A stretch of 43,781 nucleotides of DNA from Chiloscyllium plagiosum. Taxonomy: Eukaryota. This document shows positions 12,435 through 24,795 of the stretch, one piece after another (within the stretch, counting starts at the first letter, position 1; every line of letters starts with the position of its first letter). Location of the stretch: the NCBI RefSeq assembly GCF_004010195.1, contig NW_025215360.1, positions 38,673 to 82,453 of the forward strand, in the 5' to 3' direction. Under the pieces are notes generated by a model. That model had not been told where the DNA came from. It ran no database searches and was given only the letters and a program-made list of their open reading frames with translations. Made by a program: the position numbers and the translations under genes.

Positions 12435-12588
12435 TAGAGTCATAGAGATGTACAGCACGGAAACAGACCCTTTGGCCCAACTTGTCCATGCTGACTAGAT
12501 ATCCTAAGCTAACCAAGTCCTGTTTGCCAGGACTTGGCCCATCTCTCTCTAAACGTTTCCTATTCATATGTGTATCCAGATGCCTTGT
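12435..12588 (-). mobile_element. CR1 LINE 3' tail fragment
   Basis: TAGAGTCATAGAGATGTACAGCACGGAAACAGACCC is the reverse complement of the CR1 3' end seen at 2190-2221. Confidence 0.88.
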
Positions 12589-13074
12589 TACATACTGATT
12601 TGCTTCATGAATAAATATTTCAATGTGACTGAATCCTGCTTCATGATATCAAAGCTGATAGATGCTTGGACATCCGTTTGACCTGATGCCTTGGGTTCAT
12701 ACTGACATTAAGAAGGGGGAAAGACACATCACACTTATTACTAGTTCTTTTTGGGTTGCTTTCTGCAACGTCAGCAGGAAGCATTATCAGATCAATTAAG
12801 TGTTGTTGCTGTCTATAACAAAAATGATTCTATCTCCTGTGTATATGCAGTATGACTTTCAAGCTGCAAGGTCTGTGGAAATGAGCTATCCAATTAATTG
12901 ACAATCTATACTTCAGGCTGGACAGTATCACAGAAGTGGTTTAGATGGTGACATTTTCGTGAACCTAGCCACTCAGTGCAAAAAAGAAATCTGACAGGGT
13001 AAGTACAACACAGAACTTGCAAACTTCATTTCACAGACTGAGACAGGAAACTGAATTTCAAACTAAGAACCTAA

Positions 13075-13303
13075 ACAGTGATTATCCAGAGGAATTGACT
13101 GAAGATTCAGAAAAGCTTAAGTTCAAATCTCACCAGGAACATTTGTGCTATTCAAAAGACAAATAAATAAATCTGGAATTTTTAAAAAATTGAAATCTGC
13201 AAAAGAAAGTGACAGGAAACCGTTGGATCATCACAAAAATCAAACTAATTCAATAATGTCCTTTAGAACAGAAAAGCTTTCACCTGACCCAGTATGGTCT
13301 ACA
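13075..13303 (+). mobile_element. Old tRNA-headed SINE remnant (family of 1590-1962)
   Basis: AGTTCAAATCTCACC, AATAAATCTGGAA and AATGTCCTTTAG motifs occur in the expected order. Confidence 0.5.
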
Positions 13304-13384
13304 AGGGTCATAATTATATCTGTAGTAACTCAAAATATCTATCCCATTGCTCTGCTACTTCTGGAGCTAATTTTCCTATAAGTA

Positions 13385-14110
13385 TTTACAATATAGAAAA
13401 TTATCAAATATGTTTCTATCATCCTTTCAGGCAGTGTATTTCTGTTTATTATCACTTATTGTACAAAAGATAATACCTACATAGCTTCTCTTGTTCTTTT
13501 GTCATTGCCATAAATCTGTGTCCTTTTGTTACAGATTGTTCTGTCATTGGAAAGCTTATTGTTATTTACTCTAATCAAACTCTTCATAATTTTCAACATC
13601 TCCATTAATGCTTCCCTTAGCTTTACCTGTTCTAAAGGGAACACTCTGGCTTCTCTCGTCTCTCCACGTAACCAAATTTCTCATCTCTGGTAACATTTTA
13701 ATAAACTTACTTTGAACCCTCTCCAAGTCTTCACGTTCTTCCTGAAACTCAGTATTGAGAACTTGCAAAATATTCCAGCTGGACTTAACCAGCACTGTAG
13801 AAAAATTTAGACAACTTCCTTACCCTTTCATTCTAATGCCTTTTTAAGAGTTAAGATTTAAGTGTTAAGAGTCATCTGAACTTACCTGGTCACCTTTAAA
13901 ATGTGTGCATGGATATTCCCAGGCCTCTCTGTTCCCATTCCATTCTTCCTACCAAAATGTATCTCCTGACACTTCTCTGCATTAAGTTACATCCGATATG
14001 TGTCTAAATTTGAGCAGTCTGCCAATTACTCCTAAAGTCTGTTGCTATCTTTTTAACTTGCCAACGAGTTTTGTAGATCTTCAATTTTACTAACAAATGG
14101 ATTGCATAGC
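13385..14110 (-). mobile_element. Old CR1 LINE 3' region
   Basis: Minus-strand ORF piece DLERVQSKFIKMLPEMR is typical of the CR1 ORF2 C-terminus. Confidence 0.7.
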
Positions 14111-14788
14111 ACTTTATTAACTGTTTCTTGAAAGTCCATACATACAGCACTATCTTCAGGCATTGCCGTTCCACTTTCTTCGGAGTGGAAGGCAATGGAA
14201 GGAGTGGCCAGAGGAGTCAGATCAGTGTTAGGAAAACACTAAATGATGAATCAGGGTTAGTCATGCAGGAGTCGGTTAGAAATATCCTACTCATCTTCAG
14301 CATTTTGTATCACTGATTTAGTGACTAAATAATTGAACTTCCTTAATCAATCCATGCTGAAGGATTCTCTGTATTGATTTGTAAGTTAGTTTCCAACAAG
14401 GCCTTACCTGGTAATTAACAAGTCAAGTTGTTTTGTAGAAAAATGGCTCTTCATGGAATCAAAGCCACATGAACCTAAACTAACATGTTGCCAACACAAA
14501 CTTACAAATCTTCGATTTGAGTAGTTAAGTTTAAAAATGAAACAATCTAAAAAACATCAGATGTTCTAAATATTGGGAAACTATTTGGTACGTACCTGAC
14601 ATTTTCATTGTGGTGAGGTAAAGTTTGACAAATTGAAAAATGCATCAAAAAATATATAGAACTTTATTCTAAGTATGAGTAGTTAACTTCATTTGTGCTC
14701 TTTGATCTTATTGCACTGAAATAGTAATTCCAAATTCTTACTACAATGTTATTGTCGAATGCAATTTTTCAAACTTTTTTGCTAAATA

Positions 14789-14935
14789 CAGAGGAACTTC
14801 GATTATCCAAAGGACACGGGCAGGGTATATTTCATTTGGTTAATCAAATGCTGGATAACAAGCATTGGAGCCTTGCAATCTTGCCGGATAATCCTATATT
14901 CAGATAATCGAATGCCGATAATCAAGATTTCTCTG
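14789..14935. mobile_element. 147-bp Tc1/mariner (pogo/Tigger-like) MITE
   Basis: TA|CAGAGGAACTTCGATTATCC ... GATAATCAAGATTTCTCTG|TA: imperfect TIRs, TA target duplication and repeated GATAATC sub-terminal motifs. Confidence 0.85.
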
Positions 14936-15267
14936 TATCATGTGTAGCTGTTCACTTTACAACATTTTGCATACTTCAAGTAGTGGTAGTAATAATGGAG
15001 CCTGAAAATATATTTAATGTTCATAGAAATGTGTATCTCTCAAGAGAAAACAGCATAAACTCTGAAACTACATCTTAATGCATTCTATTAATTTTTCTCA
15101 TTTTAAGAGGCATTAAACTATTAAATAAATAAGTTACCTCCGTCATTAAAATAGCAGAGAGAGAAATATGATATTAGCCAAACAGGCATTTGTATGATAC
15201 CATCATTCAGTAATTTCTAGAACTTAACTTCTAAAATGCTGATCACATGTTGCCTATTAGCAAAAAT

Positions 15268-15450
15268 CAGAGTCAGGCAGCACAGAAACAGACCCTACAG
15301 TCCAACTTGTCTGTGCCAACCAGACAATCTAAATCTGACCTAGTAGCTGTAATTGTACCAGCCTCCCTCTGGAAGCTCATTCCATACATGCACCATCTTC
15401 TGCATTAAAACATTACCACACAGGTCTTTTTTGTGTCTTTCCCCTTTCAA
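15268..15450 (-). mobile_element. Internally deleted CR1 3' fragment
   Basis: CAGCACAGAAACAGACCC...AATTGTACCAGCCTCC...AGCTCATTCCATAC. Confidence 0.8.
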
Positions 15451-15602
15451 AAGTGAACGCTTGTCTTTTGGAATTCTCAATTAGGGAGAACTAAATTATT
15501 AACTTATAATTTAAATTATTAATTTAATTTGACTACGATAGCATTGTTACTATGAGGACTTTACAAAGAAAATGAAATGAGAATGAGATCGTGTAAGCTT
15601 AC

Positions 15603-15693
15603 CACACCCAAGTTGTGGGTCATGTGATTGTCATCCCTGATCCCAAACCGCTTTATGCTTTTCTGTGTTTCACCATCACTTACAGAGACTTTC
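15603..15693 (-). CDS. BCOR: BCOR exon 3
   Basis: tttcacagcag|G AAA GTC...GGT GTG|gtaagc; 91 nt, phase 2 to 0. Encodes KVSVSDGETQKSIKRFGIRDDNHMTHNLGV, similar to human [26 protein letters not shown], and joins exons 2 and 4 in frame. Confidence 0.9.
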
Positions 15694-16399
15694 CTGCTGT
15701 GAAACAAATTCAAAGTTAATAGAGTTTTCTATCTTGTTCGAGACATACCATCTTAAATTGACTATTACATTTCATAACTGTTGACTACTTTTAAAACAAA
15801 GGTCTGACACAATTATGACTACTTCTCCAAGTGAATCTTATGCTGCGCACACAGTGGTTTTGAAATTATCTTATCTTAGGATTTCACCAGCACGTTTCCA
15901 CTTCAATAGGTATTTCTCAAATCGGATGTTAAGCATTTGGTTTAATCTTTCCTACAGTGTTTGAATACTTATAAGATATTCCATATTATTGCAAAAAAAG
16001 TTCAATCTTTTCATATAAACAGGAGATGACATGCAATTATTCTACGAGGGAAAAAACCATCTAAAACACTATGCCTTTAAAATAACGTTAGGAGTCAGGC
16101 CAACATCTTGTTTCCACTTTACTAAGGAAATTTCTTCAGGGGTTCACCTAACTGACCTCCAGCAAAGACCATCATATGTCACATTTTCTGTGACTTCTGC
16201 ATTTGAAGTGGGTCATACTCTCAGTTCTTTCTTTTCTGCAGGAAGAAAAGATTTGAGGCAAGCAATAGCAAGACCATAAGACAGTAACCAAGTAATAACT
16301 TTTTGAAAGAAAATGAGAAGTAACAGAGAGATCAGAGAAACAACAGGGGATAGGATCTGAGAGTTGAGAAACGAAAGTTGGATTTCAAGGAACAAGATC

Positions 16400-16618
16400 A
16401 TACTTGCAGTAACTGAACTGATTTAACACCAAAGTGTAACACCAAAGCAACATGTTCAATTCCCACACTGGCTGAGATTACCTTGAAAGACTCTCCTTCT
16501 CAAACTCTTCCCTCACCTGAAGCATGGCGACCCTCAGCTTAAACCACCACCAGTTGTCTCTCTTTAATGAAAGAACAGCGTATGGTCCGCTAGGAGAATG
16601 ACAACTTTGCTTTTTATA
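16400..16618 (+). mobile_element. Old tRNA-derived SINE (family of 755-950)
   Basis: GTTCAATTCCC B-box, then GGCTGAG...CCTTCTCAA...AAACCACCACC...ACTTTGCTTT. Confidence 0.6.
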
Positions 16619-16987
16619 TTCAACTAGTGCAAATAATGTTAGCTAATGTTTGAGGCCCTATTCTTTCAAGACAACTAGAAGCAAAACACAAACGTGTTAT
16701 CCTCCAATTTGGACAAAAAGATAAACACTTAGAAAAAAACATGCCTCCTGTTCCAGATAACCACTTCAAAATATATTTGAGATGAACATTCTACATCCTG
16801 ACACATGGAGTAGTTAATGCCCAGGGTCAATGAATCCCATACTTTTGTGTTAAATACTAACAACATCCACATTTGGCATATCATATCTCATCAAGCTGAA
16901 AAATACTGGTGGTACTATTATTCAAATTGTTTTTATTTCATGGTGTAAATCTTCAAGAAATAAATATTCATGAAAGCAACAATAATA

Positions 16988-17665
16988 CAGAGAAATGACA
17001 ATTATCCTAATGAGATGGGCGGGCACTATTTCGTTCGGATAATTGATTATTCGGTTAATCTATTCAACACCTTTCCTCTGGGGCTTGGAGTTTTCTATTA
17101 AGTCTGCTGCCCATTCAGGATACTAGCAGCAGCACAGTGGGCGCAAGCCCCAGCCTGCCCCCAACACTGCCACCCCCCCCCCCCCCCCAAACCCGGCCCA
17201 CCCCCTACGCAACCCCGCTCCAGGGCAGCTGGACTGGACATCAATAACAAGGCTGCCGCTGCTATGCTGTTTGTGGTGGGGGGGGAGGTGAGTCTCCAAA
17301 TAGCGCGCGTGACACACACACACAACTTTTTACTACAACGTTTTGATAGGTTCCACCTTTGCTCTGTACAGGACAATGTTAGAGAGAATATCTGGGGAAG
17401 GGGGGTTAGGGTATACGCCTGAGGAGAACTCCAGGGAGAGTGTGGGAAAAGAGAGAGAGGGTGGGAGGTCAGTCATTTAGAGACGGTGCCTGCACTCCCA
17501 TCAGTCCAGGACAGTTCTCGGCAGCACTTTTAATCACTGTAAACAAAAGACATGATCAGTGTTGGACACGTGTCTTTGATGTAATGTTTCTGTTGGGATC
17601 TCGAGATCACCTTCAGAAAATCTGATTTTCGGATAATTGGTATTCGGATAATTGAGGTTCCCCTG
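16988..17665. mobile_element. 678-bp non-autonomous pogo/Tigger-like DNA transposon with a GC-rich interior
   Basis: TA|CAGAGAAATGACAATTATCC ... GGATAATTGAGGTTCCCCTG|TA; sub-terminal TTCGGATAAT repeats; ends related to 14789-14935. Confidence 0.85.
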
Positions 17666-19526
17666 TAAATACTATTGGAGTACTAGCTCCTCTAAGAAAA
17701 TGCACTTAACAGCCAGGTGATCAGTAACAAACACTGAAGCTTGTTATCTCAGATATGTTAATTGATTTGAGCCATCACTACTTGAATCTGATCAGAGAGT
17801 TGACAATTTGGACAATGGTCCCATAATTCAAATATTCCTCAGCCAACTGGGATAGTTAGAAAGTTGGTATGGTGGACTGAATGGGTGTTACATTTGGTGA
17901 CAAATGGCACATCTATCTGGAGCGATATTTCTGGTGAGATAAAGGCAATATTCTATTATTTTGAAAGTTCAGCAATGAAGTTGAGAAATGTTGAAAATTA
18001 TAAGAAGAATCAAATAACCAAATGCATTAACAATGCATTTATTCATCAAAAACTGACAGAAGTAAAGATGTTGGTGATTAAAAATATAACAATAGTATAG
18101 AAACTACATGGTACATATATTAGTCTGCACGATGGTGATACATAGTCCCTACAACTCATGTCTGGATCAATGTAGCTTAGAGACTGGGCAGATCCTACTC
18201 ATTTGCGGAAACAATTTTGGCACAAATGGAATAAAACATATCACATATGAAAGCATATGGTAAACTGTTTGCACTAAAAGTGTTTCATTTTTATATGTTT
18301 AATTTATTTAACACTACAATCGTAATTTCCTTCACATATCAAATAATGGCGAAAAATCCACCAGCAGTTGTCCACCAGTAGCACAAAGTAATTTCAGGAT
18401 ATATCTAAACTAGACTGTGCCAAACTAGCTTCACAAATTACATGCTAGGTGATTACAATCAAAGTCTTGTAGATATGTTCTCAAGCAAAATGTAAATCTC
18501 TTAGAGATTCTATCAACTCTTAATGAGATTGAAATAAATTATGCTTGTCAAGTTAGAATTTCTTATCATCTTAGCACTTTGCCTGAACCTTTTGCACAAT
18601 TCATCTGCGCTGAAGAGGAATTCCTCAATATATGATAGTCAGCATGCAAATCAGCTGAATGCAAAAAACAAAGCCAAATTTCTACAGATTCTTATCTAAA
18701 ACTTTGCTCTTCATTCACAAGCAGTTGTTGCTTCATTCCAACAAACAACTAAATAAAACCATTTTTACAAATGTTATTAATTCAGGTTTGAAGAGAAAGC
18801 TAATCATGTAATCCTACACTATAAACTAAGATGTCTAAGCATGAAATTTAGTTAACACTCTTCTATTTTATGCAAGTAAACAAAATCAATTGTGTGTGTG
18901 TGTGTAGGAGTTGCAGTTATAGCAAATATTGTGGGAACTTTGTGGTAATAACGATAACTACACCCTTCTTTGATAACAAGGACTTGTCGCAGATGAGTCC
19001 GTGTCTTAATGGCCAGAGCTTAGCAATCACCGGCAAAGTAATGCCACACATTGCTGACCTTGAAGTCAATTTCCCATTAAGATCTATCATGTTCTGTGGC
19101 ATAGATTTCACTTCTCCCAGGCCTCATTTCATCTGGCACAAGCCACAAGGATCTCTGACATCAAATAACAGTGAGTTTCTCAAACAGGAACCACAGAAGA
19201 ATTTTTTAGGTAGCAAACCAGGAAGGTATATGCAATATGAAGATTGGTGCTTTTCATAAGGAATGGATTGTTTTCTTTACTCATTTGTGGGATGCATGTT
19301 GTTAACTAGGTCAGCTTTTCTTGCCAATTCCTAACTGCCTTGCAAAGGTGTTGGTGGATAACACAAAAACATGTAATTTAGGTACGTGCTGAAATATCAA
19401 ACTTTTCAATTAAAAAAATTTAAATTTTATTAAATTTTTAGCATGGAATGTAAAGATTTGCAATCCACAAATAAAATTAATTTTTCAGGATCAGAAGGTT
19501 GCTTAGCCAGAATTATGTGCAGTTTT

Positions 19527-19854
19527 TAGATTAGATTCGATTCCCTACAGCATGGAAACAGGCCCTTCAGCCCAACAAGTCCACACCGACCGTCCGAAGA
19601 GCAACCCACCCAATCCCATTCCCCTATATTTACACCTGACTAATGCACCTAGTACTACAGGCAATTTAGCATGGCCAATTCACCTAACTTGCACATCTTT
19701 GGAATGTGGGAGGAAACCAGAGCACCTGGAGGAAACCTACGCAGACACAGGGAGAATGTGCAAACTCCACACAGACAGCTGCCTGAAGCAGGAATTGAAC
19801 CCAGGTCCCTGGTGCTGTGAGGCAGCAGTGCTAACCACTGAGCCACCGTGCCAC
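19527..19854 (-). mobile_element. HE1-type V-SINE, full length
   Basis: Reverse strand has the tRNA head GGCACGGTGGCTCAGTGGTTAGCAC (A box) and GGTTCAATTCC (B box), the V-domain TGTGTGGAGTTTGCACATTCTCC, a CR1-like tail and AATCT repeats. Confidence 0.92.
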
Positions 19855-20194
19855 CTGTTAATGAACAACTTACACCTGAGCCTAAGTGAATCTACTTAAG
19901 GCTTTTGTATTGAGAATAATAATAGTGTAAGAAGCAAAACATCACACAAATTCAGTGATGTTTGATTGATTATCACGTACATGGACTTCAACTGCACACC
20001 ATGTGGATACACATGGAATCACAGAGTAACATCTGCATTTCTTTATTTAACCACACATATATGGACACTAAAAGTATTATCAATTCCACAAAGTAATAAC
20101 AGCAAATGTGGTCAGATTCACGATCATTACAATGCAAAATTCAGGCCAAAATGTAGTTTTACTTAGAGTCATATAAAAATGTAACTCATCTTAC

Positions 20195-20280
20195 CCATCT
20201 TCATTAATTCCACACATACGGACCCGATCAGTACTCATCCAGCTGTGAAGATTGCCATACAGGGGTGTCGCAGACAGCAT
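20195..20280 (-). CDS. BCOR: BCOR first coding exon (exon 2), coding part; the exon probably begins at 20322 with 42 nt of 5'UTR
   Basis: Minus strand reads GCC-ATG then [28 protein letters not shown](G), the recognisable BCOR N-terminus. It has 86 coding nt and ends GG|gtaag (phase 2). The upstream acceptor is tttattgaag|. Confidence 0.96.
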
Positions 20281-21861
20281 GGCGTCTTTTTGATTGATGC
20301 CTCCCTTCTCCGCAATTTTATTCTTCAATAAAAAAATTTTTTTTTTAAATGTATAAATCTATATCAAACACCCTTATTTAATGTATATATACAACTTAAA
20401 ATATTTCCATTGTGGTAAATCTATACACCTTTGGAGCACTGTAATAAGTTATGAAATGCTCCAATCGTATTCAATTACATTCACAATTTCAGACTAGAAA
20501 AGTTAAAAAGTTATAAAATATTAGTAAGTCAGGATTAAAACAATAATAACCAATAACAGATCCTTGTACCATTACAATAGAAATGATAAATAACGCAGGT
20601 TATTGTATGTTCAGAGTCCTTAGAACGAAGTTCCAATACTAATGATCACAGACCTCAAACAGCAATGTTTTCATTTGTGTAAAATAAGTCATCATTAATT
20701 ATCTTTTAACCTACAAAAATCCATATTACAGTTCCCAGTCAATATCATGTTAAATTCTTTCACAGGAATGTGATAAGGAATGCATTCACAAGTACATATT
20801 ATAGCTTTCCCACAAGCCAGCATCAGATGCACACAATCATTCAAACTGTGCACTCATGCTCGTCACCACATGTGTGGCAATAACCATCATACTTCCTCTC
20901 TGCTGAAGCAAAGGAAGCAGCTTGCTAAAGTTCACTACACACATACACCCTAATTTCAGATGTTAAATATATTTGTTCTAATCACATATATGAAAACAAA
21001 ACATATCATATAATGAGTACAAAGCTAATAATTTGTGAAATTAAGAGTATTATTCAATAAAAACTTAATCAAGCATGATTTATGCAATATTGTCACATTT
21101 CAGAAACAGTAGTCAATGACCTCATTGCATGATTCCCAGAATAGATTTTTTGTAGATTTCGCCCACAGCCACCAGCATGTTGTAGAGCAATTGTAATGAG
21201 TAACTCCTGTTGATTTTTATACTCCTTGAGCTGGAAACCTCAAGTCTTTTCTTAATCTTGAGGTTGTTGAGTTCATTGTCATTTCGCTAAGAATTGTATA
21301 GTCAGCAAAAGCCTAGGATCCAACATGAAGCCCTTATATGCTCACATGAATGTTCCAAAGACAGAATAACAGGACTTCCAACATTTCTAAAATTCACATC
21401 TCGAGGTGGTGAAATTAGAAGTAATAAGCCATAAAAGGGATGAAACCTGGGACCTTACTGAACATATAGCTGAGATTTACAATAAATAGTGTTCTTACAA
21501 CACCAGACTTTGGAGAAGTCATTTTTTTCCAAATTAAGAGCTAGAAAGAATTATGACTTCAGAGAAACAATCTTCTATTTTAGCAACTTGAGCAGACTTT
21601 TTGAATCCTTTGAAGGATGTCAAGTAAAATGTTGTGACTATGTTAAATCTGCTCTGGACATGTTTATCCCATTGATGACAGCTTTTCACCCTTGCACTTG
21701 AAAAGCTTTTCCCAGAGAGTATGATAGTATCACCGATAAAGCAAATGCTATGACATTGCTCCTGACAAAATTTTACATTAATCACAATATTCTGACCATG
21801 GACAACCATTCTGCAGTAGATGTTTTAAACATAATGCAAATGCAAATTTCTGAACATAGGT

Positions 21862-22095
21862 CATAGAGTTTTTACAGCATGGAAACAGGTCCTTTTGGGC
21901 CATCTTGTCCATGCTGGTCAAACTCTCACCTGTTCTAATCTCATTTTCCAGCACCTGGTCTGTAGTCTTGTATGTTATGATGTTTCAAGTGTTCATCTAA
22001 ATAGTTTTAAGTAGCTTGAGGACTCCTGCCTCGACCATCCTTTTAGGCAATGAATTCCAGATACCCACAAACATTTTTTCCTCAAACCCTCCTAT
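21862..22095 (-). mobile_element. CR1-type 3' fragment
   Basis: TCATAGAGTTTTTACAGCATGGAAACAGG...GGCAATGAATTCCAGATAC. Confidence 0.75.
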
Positions 22096-22221
22096 CAATA
22101 AATTTTGTCACTGCTGAGGATATGAGTCAACAATTAAATAATTGCAATCTTGGGTTAAAAATCAAGACCTCAAATGCTCAAAGGACTTTTAAACTGCATA
22201 ACCTTTGCTCTTCTTGTCTGC

Positions 22222-22354
22222 GGAGAAAGTGAGGTCTGCAGATGCTGGAGATCAGAGCTGAAAATGTGTTGCTGGAAAAGCGCAGCAGATCAGGCAGCAT
22301 CCAGGGAACAGGAGAATCGACGTTTCGGGCATAAGCCCTTCTTCAGGAAGGGCT
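22222..22354 (-). mobile_element. Short Penelope-type element carrying a complete minimal hammerhead core; 13-bp TSD
   Basis: Flanked by TCTTCTTGTCTGC at 22209-22221 and 22355-22367. Minus strand reads CTGAAGA-A-GGGC-TTAT-GCCC-GAAA-CG-TC. Confidence 0.8.
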
Positions 22355-23518
22355 TCTTCTTGTCTGCAGTAGACAGCCTGTGTTATTAAAGCTATTCATA
22401 TTTATTATGATTTTCAGGATTAGCAAGTAATAGAATTTCTCTTTCTTTCACTCAAGAAAACCTTGTAAGTGGATCCTTAATTAGAACTAGTATTCCATTT
22501 AAATTGAAGTGTGATAGCTGTAGACTTAAGAGAATAAAACTATTTGCTGCAATCGACTGAGAGGAGCTAAATTACCACTCCTCACCAGCTCTTTGGTGTA
22601 TTTACAAAAGTACCAATATTTAAAAGTTTGATTGAACTACATCACAATACATATAACGTCACTGTAACAGGAATTACATGGTTCCTTTCCCTCGTGAAAA
22701 AAATGGCTTAGTAAACACTTCTTAAGCAAACCGGACAGCATTTTAAAAATCAGTGAGTTTACAGAAAGGAAGTGAACAAAAATGTTTAGTCACCTCTACT
22801 TTTGTAATTATTTTTCACTCTTCTATAGTGCTAAAATTAAATATATTTGAACAGTTTTCACAACACCCTACATCTCCAAGTTATATTTATTTATCCGACA
22901 ACAAATTACATAGGAATGCAGTCATTATTTCTTTTCTGCAAGCATGTGTTATTTTATACATAGCAAGCTCCTACAAAAAATATCAAGTGACCAATTAATT
23001 TGGTTTTTGGGATTGAGGAAGGAGCAATAACCAGGACAACAGGAAAATATCTATTCCTCTTCACACAGTGCTATAAAATCCTCTAGCATCCAACTTGAAC
23101 AGGAATATGAAGCATTACTAGCTAAGTTCTGTTGTGCCATCCAATGTTGTGCCTCATCCTTTTGTCGTCAATCTAAGGCAAAGATAATACCAGGTGATTT
23201 GCTTCAAAGGTTTATAATGGTGCCCCACTAATGGCTAATCAATGTCAAGTACACAATAAAGCTACATAGCAGTGGTTTTACCAGGAATAAAAATTTGGGA
23301 GTGTCTCAACTTAGGGCAGATGGGTTACGCTCTGACTATTTGATTCGTCCAATTAATCATTGCTGTAGAACATTCTGAAAGCTCCTATTGCTGGCAGGGA
23401 TGGGTGGAAATAAGTTGACTGGTGCACATTGCTGGATTTTTTTTCTTTCATGCAATGTGGGCATTGTTGTCTCATTGCACTTTGTACCACAGGCAGTTTG
23501 AAAAACAGAATCAGTGCT

Positions 23519-23649
23519 AAACAAAAAAAAACTGCAGATGCTGGAAATCAGAAACAAAATCAGAAATTGCTGGAAAAACTCAGCAGGTCTGGCAGCATCT
23601 GTGGAGAGAAAGGAGAATTAATGTTTTGGGTCCAGTGACCCTTCTTCAG
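23519..23649 (-). mobile_element. Short Penelope-type element, second subfamily, decayed hammerhead; degenerate 15-bp TSD
   Basis: AACAGAATCAGTGCT (23504-23518) versus AACAGGATCAATGCT (23650-23664). Minus strand reads CTGAAGA-A-GGGTC-ACTG-GACCC-AAAA-CATTA. Confidence 0.7.
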
Positions 23650-24795
23650 AACAGGATCAATGCTGTCACTTCCCCTGTCACAGCAAACATGTGACCTCTC
23701 TCACCAAATTGACAGACTTTAAATAATAAGAACGAAGCAACAGGTCATTAACATTATTTCCCCAGATGTAGCTTTGATCATTGTGCAGCTATATAGAGAG
23801 AACTAGCGATTTGGATACAGAACTGGCTTGAAGGTAGAAGACCGAGGATGATGATGAAGGTTTGCTTTTCAGACTGGAGGCCTGTGACGAGTGGAGTGCC
23901 ACAAGATTGGTGATGGGTCCATTGCTTTTTGTCATTTACATAAATGATTTGGAGGTGAACATAGGAGGTATAGTTAGTAAGTTTGCAGATGACACCAAAA
24001 TTGGAGGTGGAGTGGACCCCAAAGAAGGTTATCTTAGAGTACAACGGGATCTTGATCAAATGGGCCATTAGGCTGAGGAGTGACAGATGGCATTTAATTT
24101 AGATAAATGTGAGGTCCTGCATTTTGGAAAGTCAAATCAGGGCAGGACTTATATATTTAGTGGTAAGTTCCTGGGGAGTGTTTCTGAACAAAGAGACCTT
24201 GAAATGCAGGTTCATAGTCCCTTGAAAGTGGAGTCGCAGGTAGATAGGATAGTGAAGGCGGCGTTAGTATGCTTTCCTTTATTGGTCAGAACATTGAGTA
24301 CAGGAGTTGAGAGGTCATATTGTGGCTGTACATGACATTGGGTTAGGACACTGTTGGAATATTGTGTGCAATTCTGGTCTCCTTCCTATCGGAAGAATGT
24401 TGTGAAATTGAAAGGGTTCAGAAAAGATTTACAAGGATGTTGCCATTGTTGGATGATTTGAGCTATAGGGAGAGGCTGAATAGGCTGGGCTGTTTTCCCT
24501 GGAGCGTCGGAAGTTGAGGAATGATCTTATAGAGGTTTATAAGATCATGAGGGGCATGGATAGGATAAATACACACAGTCTTTTCCCTGGGGGTGGGGGA
24601 GTCCAGAACTAGAGCGCATAGGCTTAGGGTGAGAGGGGAAAGATTTAAAAAAGGACCTAAGGGACAACTTTTCACGTAGATAGTGGCGTGTGTATGGAAT
24701 GAGCTGCCAGAGGAGGTGGTGGAGTCTAGTACAATTACAACATTCAAAAGGCATTTGGATGGGTGCATGACAAGGAAGGGTTTAGAGGGATATGG

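Noticed and set aside
21130..21480. Very old SINE-like remnant (similar hint near 31500-31750)
   Set aside because: Too decayed to assign a family or boundaries by eye.
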